A stretch of DNA of 64,000 nucleotides, taken from the NCBI GenBank assembly GCA_963847445.1, contig CAWJZV010000042.1, positions 32,001-96,000 on the forward strand, read 5' to 3'. A program made the translations under genes and the position numbers. Positions within the stretch are counted from its first letter, which is position 1. Each line of letters opens with the position of its first letter. Below the pieces are notes generated by a model. That model saw only the letters and a list, made by a program, of their open reading frames with translations. It did no database searches and had not been told where the DNA came from. This document shows, one piece after another, positions 30,055-40,150 of the stretch. Source of the stretch: an uncultured delta proteobacterium (GTDB taxonomy: Bacteria; Desulfobacterota; Binatia; UBA9968).

Positions 30055-31170
30055 ATGATTATCGATGCCGATGGCCATACGCATGTTTCCAATGTCGTGT
30101 TCGACGAATATCTCGATCCGGCGTTTCGCGCCAAGCGGCCGCGTTATGTCGAACTGGACGACGGGCGCGGGGTTTACATCATCGAAGGACGGGTGATCAT
30201 CAAACCGTCGGGCTGGGGACCGGGGACGCCGCTGAGCATCGGCAGCCGCCGGCTCGAGGGTTGCCAGTCCTTCGGCATGGAAAATATCGCCGGGCGCTTG
30301 GCCGATCTCGACAGGGAAGGCATCGACGTTCAGGTGATCTATCCCAACGTCTTGATGTCGATCAATAGTTTCGACGATGCCGCTCTCGCGTCAGCGGTGG
30401 CGCATGCTTACAACCGGTGGATGTCGGACCGCTGCGCCGAGTCGAAAGGCCGGTTGCGCTACGCGGCGGTGGTCGCGCTGCAAGATCCGCTCGCCGCGGC
30501 CGACGAAGTCGCATACGCCGCGACGAAACTAGGCGCCGTCGGCGTCATGGTGCCGGGCACTGTCGGCACCCGCACCCTCGATCATCCCGATCTCTACCCG
30601 TTTTGGGAAAGAGTTGAGAAATGCGACGTCGGCGTCGGTATCCACACGGTCACCGGCATGTATCCGACGGTGGGCGCGGACTTGTTCGATCACTTCTTCG
30701 GCTCCAAGGCCGTCGCCATGCCGCTGACACTGACGGTGGCGTTGGTGTCGCTCATCGCCGGCGGCATCGCCGACTTGTTTCCCAAGTTGCGCTTCGGTTT
30801 GTTGGAAACCGGCTGCGGCTGGCTGCCCTATTGGCTCGAACGGCTCGACGACCTGCACGAACGCGGCGAGCATGAGCCGGCGATTTACGACGGCGTACTG
30901 CGGCGGAAGCCATCGGGAAAGAGAACCAAGCCCAGCGATCTTTTCACCTCCGGCCGGATGATCGTCTCCTGCGAGCCCGGTGAAAAAACCTTGCCCTACG
31001 TCGTCAGCACCGTCGGCGACCAATGCATCATGTACGCCTCCGACTACCCCCATCCCGACAGCAAGTGGCCCAACACCGTCGCGCCGATTCAGAAGGCGGA
31101 GATGGCTGCCGTGGCGAAGCAGCGGATACTTGGGGAGAATGCGGCGCGGTTGTATAAGTTGGGGGAGTAA
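30055..31170 (+). CDS. Amidohydrolase family 2 protein
   Basis: IIDADGH, DREGIDVQVIYP, LETGCGWLPYWLERLD, YASDYPHPD, ILGENAARLY. Confidence 0.92.
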   Translation: MIIDADGHTHVSNVVFDEYLDPAFRAKRPRYVELDDGRGVYIIEGRVIIKPSGWGPGTPLSIGSRRLEGCQSFGMENIAGRLADLDREGIDVQVIYPNVLMSINSFDDAALASAVAHAYNRWMSDRCAESKGRLRYAAVVALQDPLAAADEVAYAATKLGAVGVMVPGTVGTRTLDHPDLYPFWERVEKCDVGVGIHTVTGMYPTVGADLFDHFFGSKAVAMPLTLTVALVSLIAGGIADLFPKLRFGLLETGCGWLPYWLERLDDLHERGEHEPAIYDGVLRRKPSGKRTKPSDLFTSGRMIVSCEPGEKTLPYVVSTVGDQCIMYASDYPHPDSKWPNTVAPIQKAEMAAVAKQRILGENAARLYKLGE

Positions 31171-31355
31171 GGGAGAAAAGATACGCTGCCGACCATGGAT
31201 GAGTTGGCGAAAGACGAGAGCAAATAGCCAACGCCTGACATGGCGTACCTGCTAAAAATGGCAAAGGCCGCTTACGAGGGTCCTCCGTCCCGTTGCTCCA
31301 TGGGTATCGGATCAGGGAGATTTTTCTTTAGCGATGGAGTGGTATAATTTCGTCT

Positions 31356-32430
31356 GTGCTTGCGCCGAATAAACTCTTGCCTGTCAGTGTCCTCGTCGTT
31401 CTGAGTCTTTCTCTTTCGGCTTTGCTTTCCGCCTGTTCGCCCGTCTACGTTCTACGCGCCGCCTATGAGGAGGGAAAAATTCTCTGGCGGCGCCAACCGA
31501 TCGCCGAGTATCTCCAGAAGCCCGATGTCACGGCCGAGACCCAGGAGAAGCTGAGAACCGTTCTAGCGGCGCGCGACTATGCGCGCGATGTCCTCAAGCT
31601 CAACGTCGGCGGCAGTTATTCCAGTTACTCCTACGTCGACCGTCCCGATCTGACTTATATCGTCGTTGCCGCGCATAAGACCGAGCTGCGGCCTTACACT
31701 TGGTGGTTTCTGATCGTCGGCAGCGTGCCGTACAAAGGTTACTTCTCGAAAGCCGACGCAGAAGCAGAAATCGAACACTTAAAAGCCGACGGCTACGACA
31801 CCAACCTGCGCACCTCGGCGGCGTTCAGCACCTTGGGCTGGTTCGACGATCCGCTGCTATCGCATCTGCTCAAGTACGATAAAGTCGGTCTCACCGAGAT
31901 TGTTTTTCACGAGCTATTTCACAACACGCTTTACGTCGGCGGGGCAGAGCGCTTTCAACGAAAGCGTTGCCAACTTCATCGGCCATCGCGCCGCGGTGGA
32001 TTTTTTTCGCGCCAAGTACGGCGCCGACAGTGTTGAACATAAGCGCGCGCTGCAATGGTGGAGCGAAGAACGCGAGTTCGGCGCCTTTGTCGCCGAAGTC
32101 GTGCGCGATTTGACCCAGCTGTACAAGAGCGACATACCGCGCGACGCCAAACTGCGCCTGCGCGAAGAGGTTTTTAGCCGCAGCAAGGCCGAATGGGCGC
32201 GCCGTATCGCCGACCGGCCGGCGCACCGCTTCCGCGGTTTCAGCCAGCAAGTCCTGAATAATGCTGTGCTATTGCACTATGTCATTTATTTGAAAGATTT
32301 CGACTTGTTCGAGTCGCTGTACGAATTGTCTGGAAAAGAGCTGCCGAAAACCATCGAGCTGTTGCAGCAAGCCGCGGCAAAAGGCGGCGATCCCTTCGAA
32401 GCGGTGCGCCAGTTAGTGAAGAAGGGTTAG
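31356..32430 (+). CDS. Putative zinc aminopeptidase lipoprotein (DUF2265-like), frameshift ~31945
   Basis: Lipobox LSAC; VPYKGYF, AAFSTLGWFDDPL, FHELFH, FNESVANF. Confidence 0.85.
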
Positions 32431-32597
32431 CCGCAAAGCGACGCAAGAAAGCGATTAAATCAAGATATTCTCGCAGCGCGCGGGCACAAAATTGCGAAGG
32501 TTTCCAAGGAGGATTGAAATCTCCGGCGAACTTCATACCTCTATCGCGAAATCCTTTGATTTGTAGAGGCGGCTATTAACCTCGCGCTCTCGGTCTA

Positions 32598-33469
32598 CTA
32601 AGTCGCGGCAATAGCATTGGCAAATCGCCGCAGCGCTTCGATATGCGCTGACGGCGATTGCAGTCCCGCTTTCATGGTGTTGAAGCTCACATGCGTGGCG
32701 CCAAGAGTGTTCCATGCTTGCTAGATCTGTGCGCCAAGCATCCGGTGCACCTTGGCCGTAGGATATGCGGCCTTCGATGCCGATTGCTTGCGGGTCGCGC
32801 CCTGCTTCCTTCGCGTAATCACGAATCTTTTCGATCATCGCCCGGCATTTTTCATCGGGTCCGACGAGCGGAAACCAGCCGTCACCGAGTCGTCGCGAGC
32901 CGGCGTAACGCGCGCTCGTCGCTACCGCCGAACCAGATCGGGATCGGCTGCTGCACGGGCAGCGGGTTAATGCCGGCGTCGGTGATCTTATGCCAGCGGC
33001 CTGCGAACGTCACAGCCGGATTTGTCCAGAGCTGGCGCATGACTTCGATTTGCTCTTCGCAGCGGCGGCCGCGATCTTTGAAATCTTCGCCGAGGGCTTC
33101 GTATTCCACCGGGTTCCAGCCGATGCCGATGCCGAAGCGCAGACGGCCGCCGCTCAAGACATCCAGCGCCGCGGCTTGTTTGGCGACCAAGACGGTTTGG
33201 CGCTGCGGCAGGATGACGATACCGGTGCAAAATTCGATTTGCCTGGTCACCCCGGCGAGGTAGCCGAAAAGAACCAACGGCTCGTGGAACATGTCTAAGT
33301 GACTGTAGGGCGCTTTCCAGTTGGGCCGGCTCGCCGGGTTGGCGCCGACCACATGGTCGTAGGCTAGGATATGGGCAAAGCCCAGCTCTTCGGCGGCCTG
33401 GGCGTAGTCCTTGACATAGTATGGATCAGCGCCGATTTCGGTTTGCGGAAACACTACTCCGACTCGCAT
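32598..33469 (-). CDS. LLM class F420-dependent oxidoreductase, frameshifted in 3' half
   Basis: MRVGVVFPQTEIGADP..AEELGF..YDHVVG..HEPLVLFGYL..PQRQTVLVAKQAA.LDVLSGGR..GIGWNPVEY. Confidence 0.88.
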
Positions 33470-33586
33470 GGCATACCCCTCCAATTGGCAACTATTCGAT
33501 ATTAGGTCAATTCATAGCAATTTTGAAACAGAGGGCTTGAAATAACCCCTGGCCATGCGCACATTCTCTGTGTGCCAAATTGTACC

Positions 33587-33614
33587 TTGACTTAACCTAG
33601 CCATTCCGTAGGAT
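33587..33614 (+). promoter_or_regulatory. Putative sigma70-type promoter of htpX
   Basis: TTGACT-N16-TAGGAT upstream of a GGGAGG RBS. Confidence 0.35.
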
Positions 33615-33639
33615 ACCTCGCAGAAAGGGAGGAAATGAT

Positions 33640-34527
33640 ATGAACGGTTTTCGAACCACAATTCTCCTAGCGGTATTGACAGCGCTAGTGGTGTGGATCG
33701 GCCAAATGGTCGGTGGACCCAACGGCGCGGTGATCGCGTTGATTTTCGCCGGCGCCATGAACTTTTTCAGCTATTGGTTCAGCGATAAGATCGTCCTCAA
33801 GATGTACGGCGGGCAGCAGATCACCGCCAACGACGATCCCGAACTGTATAGCTTGGTGCAGGAGCTGGCGGCCAAGGGCGGATTGCCGATGCCGAAAGTC
33901 TACGTGATTCCCGAAGATGCCCCTAACGCTTTTGCCACCGGGCGCAATCCAGAGCATGCCGCGGTGGCGGTGACCCAAGGGATTCGCCGAATTCTCAACA
34001 AGCGCGAGCTCGCCGGCGTGCTCGGCCACGAACTCGCCCATGTGAAAAATCGCGATATCTTGATCAGCAGCATCGCCGCGACCCTCGCGGGCGCGATCAG
34101 TTATATGGCGCAGATGGCGCAGTTCGCCGCGATCTTCGGCGGCGGACGGAGCCGTGACGACGGCGAAGGTAACGGTGGCGGCGGCATTTTTGGCCTGCTG
34201 TTCATGATGATCGTCGCGCCGATAGCGGCGATGTTGATTCAGATGGCGGTGTCGCGTTCGCGCGAGTATATGGCGGATGCCGGTGGCGCGAAGATTTCCG
34301 GCGACCCCTTGGCCTTGGCCGGCGCACTGCGTAAGTTGCATATGGGCGCGCAGAATATTCCGTTGGAGGTGAGCCCGGCGACGCAGAATGCTACGGCGCA
34401 TATGTTTATCGTCAGCCCGCTCAGCGGCGGCAGCTTCGCGTCGTTGTTCAGCACCCATCCGGCGATGGAAGAGCGTGTCGCCCGTCTCGAAGCGATGGCG
34501 AAAGATATGAGTTACCTGCGCGCATAA
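33640..34527 (+). CDS. htpX: Zinc metalloprotease HtpX (M48)
   Basis: [41 protein letters not shown]...RVARL. Confidence 0.95.
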   Translation: MNGFRTTILLAVLTALVVWIGQMVGGPNGAVIALIFAGAMNFFSYWFSDKIVLKMYGGQQITANDDPELYSLVQELAAKGGLPMPKVYVIPEDAPNAFATGRNPEHAAVAVTQGIRRILNKRELAGVLGHELAHVKNRDILISSIAATLAGAISYMAQMAQFAAIFGGGRSRDDGEGNGGGGIFGLLFMMIVAPIAAMLIQMAVSRSREYMADAGGAKISGDPLALAGALRKLHMGAQNIPLEVSPATQNATAHMFIVSPLSGGSFASLFSTHPAMEERVARLEAMAKDMSYLRA

Positions 34528-34546
34528 GGCAGGTTGTGCATTGCGA

Positions 34547-35222
34547 TTATGCTTGTAGGGGCGACCGGCCGGTCGCCCCTACGTTTTCTTCCAACCAGAC
34601 CGAGAGATCGTAAAGTCCCTTCGGCCTGATCTCGTGGCCCATCTCGTATTCCTTAAAAGTCAGCGGCACTTTTAGATCGCGTAACCGCGCCACCGAGTCG
34701 CGGGCGCGGTCGACTTCGATCTGCGGATCCTGGGTGCCATGTTGAATTAACGTCGGCAGCGATTGCACGGCGTCGCTGATATGTCAACCGCGGCACCAGT
34801 TCTCTCGGCAGCCAGGTGCTGAGCGCGGCGAGACCGGCGAAACGCTCAGGATTTGTCAGTGCCAGGCTGTAAGCCATCACGCCGCCTTGGCTGAAGCCGA
34901 GCACGGCGAGTCGCTTGGCGTCGATGGGATACTGTTTGAGGCAGTCGTCGAGAAAAAGTTGCAAGGCTTTCTGGGATTCCAACATGCCGTCGGTGTCAGG
35001 CAGCGCCGCCCTTGCTGGCGCTGTACCAGGCGTAACCGACCTGGTCGGGTCCGATGGGTGTTTCCGACGGCGCCTGCGGACAGATGATTAGAAATTGCCG
35101 CCGCAAAGATAGGGTGCCAGGCCGAGAAGATCGAAGGCGTTGGCGCCGCGGCCATGCAGGGTGAGAATGGTTGGATGGGGGCCCGCGCCGGGCGGTCGGT
35201 AGATGGTGTGGATGAGATTCAC
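34547..35222 (-). CDS. Phospholipase/carboxylesterase (alpha/beta hydrolase), frameshifted
   Basis: LHGRGANAFD, GFSQGG, HGTQD, MGHEI; AAAGGAG RBS before GTG 35222. Confidence 0.85.
34555..34582. repeat. Perfect 28-bp GTAG REP palindrome between convergent genes
   Basis: gtaggggcgaccggccggtcgcccctac, overlapping the esterase 3' end. Confidence 0.8.
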
Positions 35223-35371
35223 GGAATGCTCCTTTGAATGATTTTATCGCTCACTGACGGCAATGGCGACCTGCCGGTTGCCGCGCTACGAGATGCCCTC
35301 ACTCTCAGCCCTCTCCCGCAAGGGGAGAGGGGATCCGAAGGCTAAATACTGCCAGAGCGTTCGCCGCCAGT

Positions 35372-37066
35372 TTATTCCCTCAGCTGTTCCAAGTGTTTTA
35401 TGCCGATGCGTAACGCGATGACTACCGTCACGATGGTGAGTGCTAACACGATCAAGAGTGACGGCGCAATCACGGAATACTCGGGCAGGAAAATTCGGCC
35501 GCGGTGAAACGCGCGCATGGCCAGAGTGTAAATCGGCCAGGCGACGATCATGACGGCGATGCCGATGAAGCCGATGCTGAAGATCATGCACACGGCGCCG
35601 CCGAAGCTGGTGGGGATCTCGGCGGCGTTTTCATAGTTGAAGTTGGGATAGAGCGCGCCCAAGCCGACGCCGATGGCGGTGATGCCGAAGGTCATGAAGA
35701 AACATCGTGATGAGCGACAGCGCCATCATCCAGGCCGGCACTTTGAGCAGGAGATTACTGCAAAATATCAGCACCTCGCCGAGCAATAACAGCGGTACGA
35801 AGTTCAACCAAAACTTGCTCCACAACAATGCTCGCAACGAGATCGGCGCAGTTTGGAGCAGCCAAAAGGCTTTGCCTTCCAAACTCACCGCGGGAAAGGC
35901 GAAGCGGATGGCGATGGCGCTGAGGACAAATCCGGCGAGGCCCAGATTGGCGAAGGAGACGATGGTGCGGATGGTTCCCGCCGGCATCGGCGAACGGTCG
36001 AGGGGCAGGACTTTGAAGTTGTAGAGATAGACGACGATCAGGGCGGCGAGTAAAAACAGCTGGGACCATTGGGTGGTGTCGCGCAGGAAGGTCTTGATGT
36101 CCTTGAGCATGAATGGCGCGGGTGATGACCGGAAATGGCCGGGTTATCACTTCGAGCAGGCGGTCGAGCCAGGCGAGCTTGCGCCGGCCCTGGCGCGATT
36201 CCTGGGCCTTCGACCAGCCGTCGAGATAGACCGCGCTGGAACACCAGCTGGCCGCCAGCGGCAGAAACATCGCGTAGCTCGCCAGCAGCGCAAAGAAGAA
36301 GCCCTGGTCGGTGTCGCGCTTGAACAAAGTCCCGGCGAGGATTTCCGCCAACCAACTGCTCGGCAAGTAAGACGACGACGGCGTCTCCATGGCGCTTAGG
36401 AATTGCATGAAGTTGCCGAACGACTCCGGCTGCACCAGGCGCTCGGGTTGGGAGAAGCGAAACAGAAAATACATGATCAGAAAGGCGAACAGACCGATGA
36501 AAAAGAGCAGGTCGCGGATGCGCTTGGCCGGCATGGCATAGACCAACAGATGGGTGACCAATGCGCCGATGGCCGCGGGGATGAGCAAAAACAGCGGCAA
36601 AATGATTGCGATCCACAGATAGAGTTCGATGCCGCCGCCGAATACCGAGCCGTAGGCGGCGAAGATCGGCAGCGAAAAGAACAGCACCATCCACGATGAA
36701 TTGATCGTCGTGGCGATCAAGCGGGCGAAGAAAAATCGCGTTGGGTGCCACCGGCGTGGCATGGATCAGGTCGAGATCGCGGGCGAGAAAATAGGTCGAC
36801 AGCGCCGCCACCAGGTTGCTGAACAGCAGCATCGATAGAAAGGTCAGCAAGATTATCAACAGCAATTGATAGGCGAGGGCGGGGCCGAGCTCGTAGACGG
36901 TTTCGAAGTAGCGCAAGACCCGGCGCACCACCAGATAGGTGCCGATCCAGAACAGGCCGGCGAGGAGCGCCAGCGAGAGTCGTCTCGTCCAGGAGTGGGT
37001 GCCGCGGAAAAAACTGTTTTTCCATGACAGCCAAAGCGGCGAGAGCAGCAGGGCGACGGAACTCAT
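35372..37066 (-). CDS. Putative ABC exporter permease, frameshifted
   Basis: Multi-TM; KDIKTFLRDTTQWSQL, FPAVSLEGKAFWLLQTAPI; fragments in several frames. Confidence 0.82.
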
Positions 37067-37067
37067 G

Positions 37068-37829
37068 TCAGAGCGCTTGGGCGGCCGGCACTGCCATGTC
37101 CTGCTCGCGGGTGAGTTCTAAGAAACACGCTTTCGAGATTGCCCTTACCGTCGCCGTCGGTCTGGCGCGTGGATTTCGCTCATGGAGCCGCAGGCGATCA
37201 AACGGCCAGTGCGGATGATGCCGATGCGGTGGCAGATCTCCTCGGCGACGGCGATGCTGTGGGTCGAGAGAAACACCGTCGTGCCGTTCTTGGCCAGAGC
37301 GCAGAACAGATCTTTGAGGGTGCGCGCGCCTTTGGGGTCCATGCCGACCATCGGTTCGTCGACGACCAGGATCTTGGGCTCGTGAATCAACGCGCCGCAT
37401 ACCACCAGACGCTGCTTCATGCCATGGGAGTAGCTTTCGACCAACTCGTCCTGCCACGGTGTCATTTCCAGGCGCTCCAGTAGTTCCGCGATGCGTTTGC
37501 TTAATCGCGCTGAGTCGACCCGGTGGAGCTTGCCGACGAAGTGCAAAAACTCGCGGCCGCTGAGCTTTTCATAGATGAACGGCCGGTCGGGAATGAATCC
37601 GGAGATCGCCTTGGCCTTCTGCGCGTCGGCGACGACGTCGTGGCCGTCGAGCAGCACTTGCCCCGATGTCGATTTGAGGATGCCCATCATGCAGCGGATC
37701 GTCGTGGTCTTGCCGGCGCCGTTGGGGCCGAGAAAGCCGAAGATCTCGCCGGGCGCGACTTCGAGATTTAAGTTATCTACGGCGGCGAGTTTGCCGTAGT
37801 GCTTAGCTCAGATTGATGAGTTGAATCAT
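37068..37829 (-). CDS. ABC transporter ATP-binding protein, frameshifted
   Basis: Walker A GPNGAGKTT, signature YSHGMKQR, Walker B VVDEP, H-loop STH. Confidence 0.9.
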
Positions 37830-37928
37830 TGCGATTTTGGATTTTGGATTGCCGATTTTGGATTGAAGAGCGGATTCCGATTCGTCGAGAATCCAAAAGC
37901 GCGGACTAAATCCAAAATGAGCTCCTAT

Positions 37929-39380
37929 TCATAGGACTTCTATTTTCAGATTGCCGATGAGCTGCAGAATATCGATCTGCCGGTCGATCTCGCCTTCGAG
38001 AAATTTCACATGGGTGACGTCGGCGGGGAATTGATTCAGCACCGAATCGAGTGCGACCCAGCGGCCGAGCCAGACTTCGGACCAGGCGTGATAGTAGAAC
38101 GCGCCGCGCAGATAGACGACGCCGACAACGGTTTTCGCCGGGATGCCGGCGGCGCGGGCTAGCGCGTTGAACAGCACGGTGTGCTCGTTGCAGTCGCCTT
38201 TTTTCGCTTGCAGGACTTCCAGGGCGTTGGGAATGCTCACGGTGGGCTCCTTGGCGAGTTCGCGGTAAACCCAGTCTTTGAGTTTCACCGCCGCTTTCAT
38301 GGCGTTGGTTTCCGCGCCGACGATGCGGGCGGCGAGCGTCTTGATGCTCGGATGATCCGACTGCATGAACGCGGTGGGTTGCAAGAAAGTTTGCAGACGC
38401 GGCTCTTTGACCGGAATCGCCGTGGCGCTGAGCTTGGTAAGATCTTCGCGGGTTATCTGCCAGCGGTCGCCGGTGAGTTTTTGCCGTCCGCCGTCGAGGG
38501 CGAAATTCGCCAGGTTGACGCCGCCGAGTTTCAGTTCGACTGCCGGGAGCGCTTTGGCGTCGGCGATCGGCTTGGTCACCGGGATCGACGCTTGCGCGAT
38601 CATGTCCAATGGCACGGCGCGGGACGGCAGATTTTTCGCTTCCTGCTGGCTCTGCCGGGTCATCGACATGCCCGCCGGCGATTCTTCCTTCAACGTCCGG
38701 CCATGGACGTCGACCCAGGAGAGCACCGAAATGCCGCCGAAGCTTTGGCGCATTTTGATCGCCGGTTCGAGGCGGTTGCCGACGCGGATCTGTTCGCGGC
38801 CTTCGATGACGATGGTGGTCACCTGCTGCGACAGCGTCGACGGGTCGAAGGTCGAGAAATAAAATTTCTTGCCGGTCTCCAATTGCTGGGTGACGACATA
38901 GGGCTTGAGCGAAGCGAGCAGGTAGGGCGCCTGGGTCAAGGTGATCTCGCGGGTCGAGCGGTGGCCAGCAGAATTAATTTCCAGCGCCAGCTTGTTGTCT
39001 TTCACCGCGCCGCGCGCTTTGAAGCCGATCTCTTTGGAAGTGAGCGTGAAATCGAAACGCTCCAGGATCCAATCGTCGTTGGCTTCCATTTCCAAGCGGG
39101 TCTCGGCGGGCTGGACGGTGCCCAACAGATTCAAATTGAGCCGGGAAAAATCGTTGAGCTTATAGCCTTTGGTTTTCGGCACGATCGACTGGGAAGCGTA
39201 GCCGATTTTTTCACCACGGTAAAAAATGCCCCACCACTCTTCGCTGCTTTCGGTGATCTTCTCCGTGCCGCGCAGCGTCAGCAGCGGCGGCGGAGCGGCG
39301 ATCTGGCGTTTGATGAGGAGAAAATTCATCACAGCCCAGAAAAGTACGATGCCAATCCAGATCGATCGCTTAACAATCAT
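37929..39380 (-). CDS. Transglutaminase-like domain protein (membrane-anchored)
   Basis: GDCNEH..ARAAGIPA, YHAWSEVW, WVALD catalytic triad; N-terminal TM segment. Confidence 0.9.
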   Translation of the reverse strand: MIVKRSIWIGIVLFWAVMNFLLIKRQIAAPPPLLTLRGTEKITESSEEWWGIFYRGEKIGYASQSIVPKTKGYKLNDFSRLNLNLLGTVQPAETRLEMEANDDWILERFDFTLTSKEIGFKARGAVKDNKLALEINSAGHRSTREITLTQAPYLLASLKPYVVTQQLETGKKFYFSTFDPSTLSQQVTTIVIEGREQIRVGNRLEPAIKMRQSFGGISVLSWVDVHGRTLKEESPAGMSMTRQSQQEAKNLPSRAVPLDMIAQASIPVTKPIADAKALPAVELKLGGVNLANFALDGGRQKLTGDRWQITREDLTKLSATAIPVKEPRLQTFLQPTAFMQSDHPSIKTLAARIVGAETNAMKAAVKLKDWVYRELAKEPTVSIPNALEVLQAKKGDCNEHTVLFNALARAAGIPAKTVVGVVYLRGAFYYHAWSEVWLGRWVALDSVLNQFPADVTHVKFLEGEIDRQIDILQLIGNLKIEVL

Positions 39381-39446
39381 AGAGTAGAGCGTATATGGTA
39401 AGGCCCCAGCGCTCGTGAATCAACGTGAATCGAGAAATCCCGCAAT

Positions 39447-39914
39447 ATGAGTAATCAACCGATCGTCTTCGCCGCCGACCGGATGTTGGGCCGCCTCGCC
39501 AAGTGGCTGCGCATCCTCGGCTACGATGTCATCTATGGCCGCCATCTCTCCGGCCATGGCCTGATTCGCGCGGCGCGCGCCGATGGCCGGTTGATTCTGA
39601 CGCGGGATCGCAGCCTGGCGCGCAAACAACCGCCGCCGTTTCTGTTCATCGACAGCAACGACTATGTCGAACAGTTGCGCCAGGTCATGGGCGCCTGCAA
39701 TTTGAACCCTGGCGCGGGCCTTTTTAGCCGTTGTTTGGTGTGCAACTCCGAGCTGCAGCCGCGAACCAAGGAATCGGTGGAAAAACTGGTGCCGCCCTAC
39801 GTCTTCGCCACCCAGGAGCGCTTCTCTTGGTGCGGCCGCTGCCAGCGGCTGTACTGGCCGGCGACACACCAGCAGAAAATGCTCGATGCGCTGGGGAAAA
39901 TTGCTATCCAATGA
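39447..39914 (+). CDS. Mut7-C RNase domain protein
   Basis: ADRMLGRLAKWLRILGYD, LTRD, RCLVCN, CGRCQRLYWPATH. Confidence 0.92.
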   Translation: MSNQPIVFAADRMLGRLAKWLRILGYDVIYGRHLSGHGLIRAARADGRLILTRDRSLARKQPPPFLFIDSNDYVEQLRQVMGACNLNPGAGLFSRCLVCNSELQPRTKESVEKLVPPYVFATQERFSWCGRCQRLYWPATHQQKMLDALGKIAIQ

Positions 39915-39964
39915 ACTAGAATTCCTGAAGATCGTATGCTAAAAAATGTCCCTGTTCTTTTGCT

Positions 39965-40040
39965 TCCCCGGTAGCTCAGTTGGTAGAGCAGGTGACTGTT
40001 AATCACCGGGTCGGGGGTTCGAGTCCCTCCCGGGGAGCCA
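39965..40040 (+). tRNA. tRNA-Asn (GTT)
   Basis: 76-nt cloverleaf TCCCCGG...GGTGACTGTTAATCACC...GGTTCGAGTCC...CCGGGGAGCCA with encoded CCA. Confidence 0.97.
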
Positions 40041-40150
40041 GATTTCATGCTCCGCTTCGAGCGCTCCATGCGACATGGCCGGCCGAAGCGGAGTCCGCCT
40101 GTTCATAGATAGTGAAGATTACCAGATTCACCGCACCAGGAGGTCCATCC

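Noticed and set aside
39965-40040. tRNA-Asn as the integration site of the downstream cassette
   Set aside because: No integrase, no duplicated tRNA 3' end seen, and the cassette begins 2.4 kb away after the Mo-subunit gene
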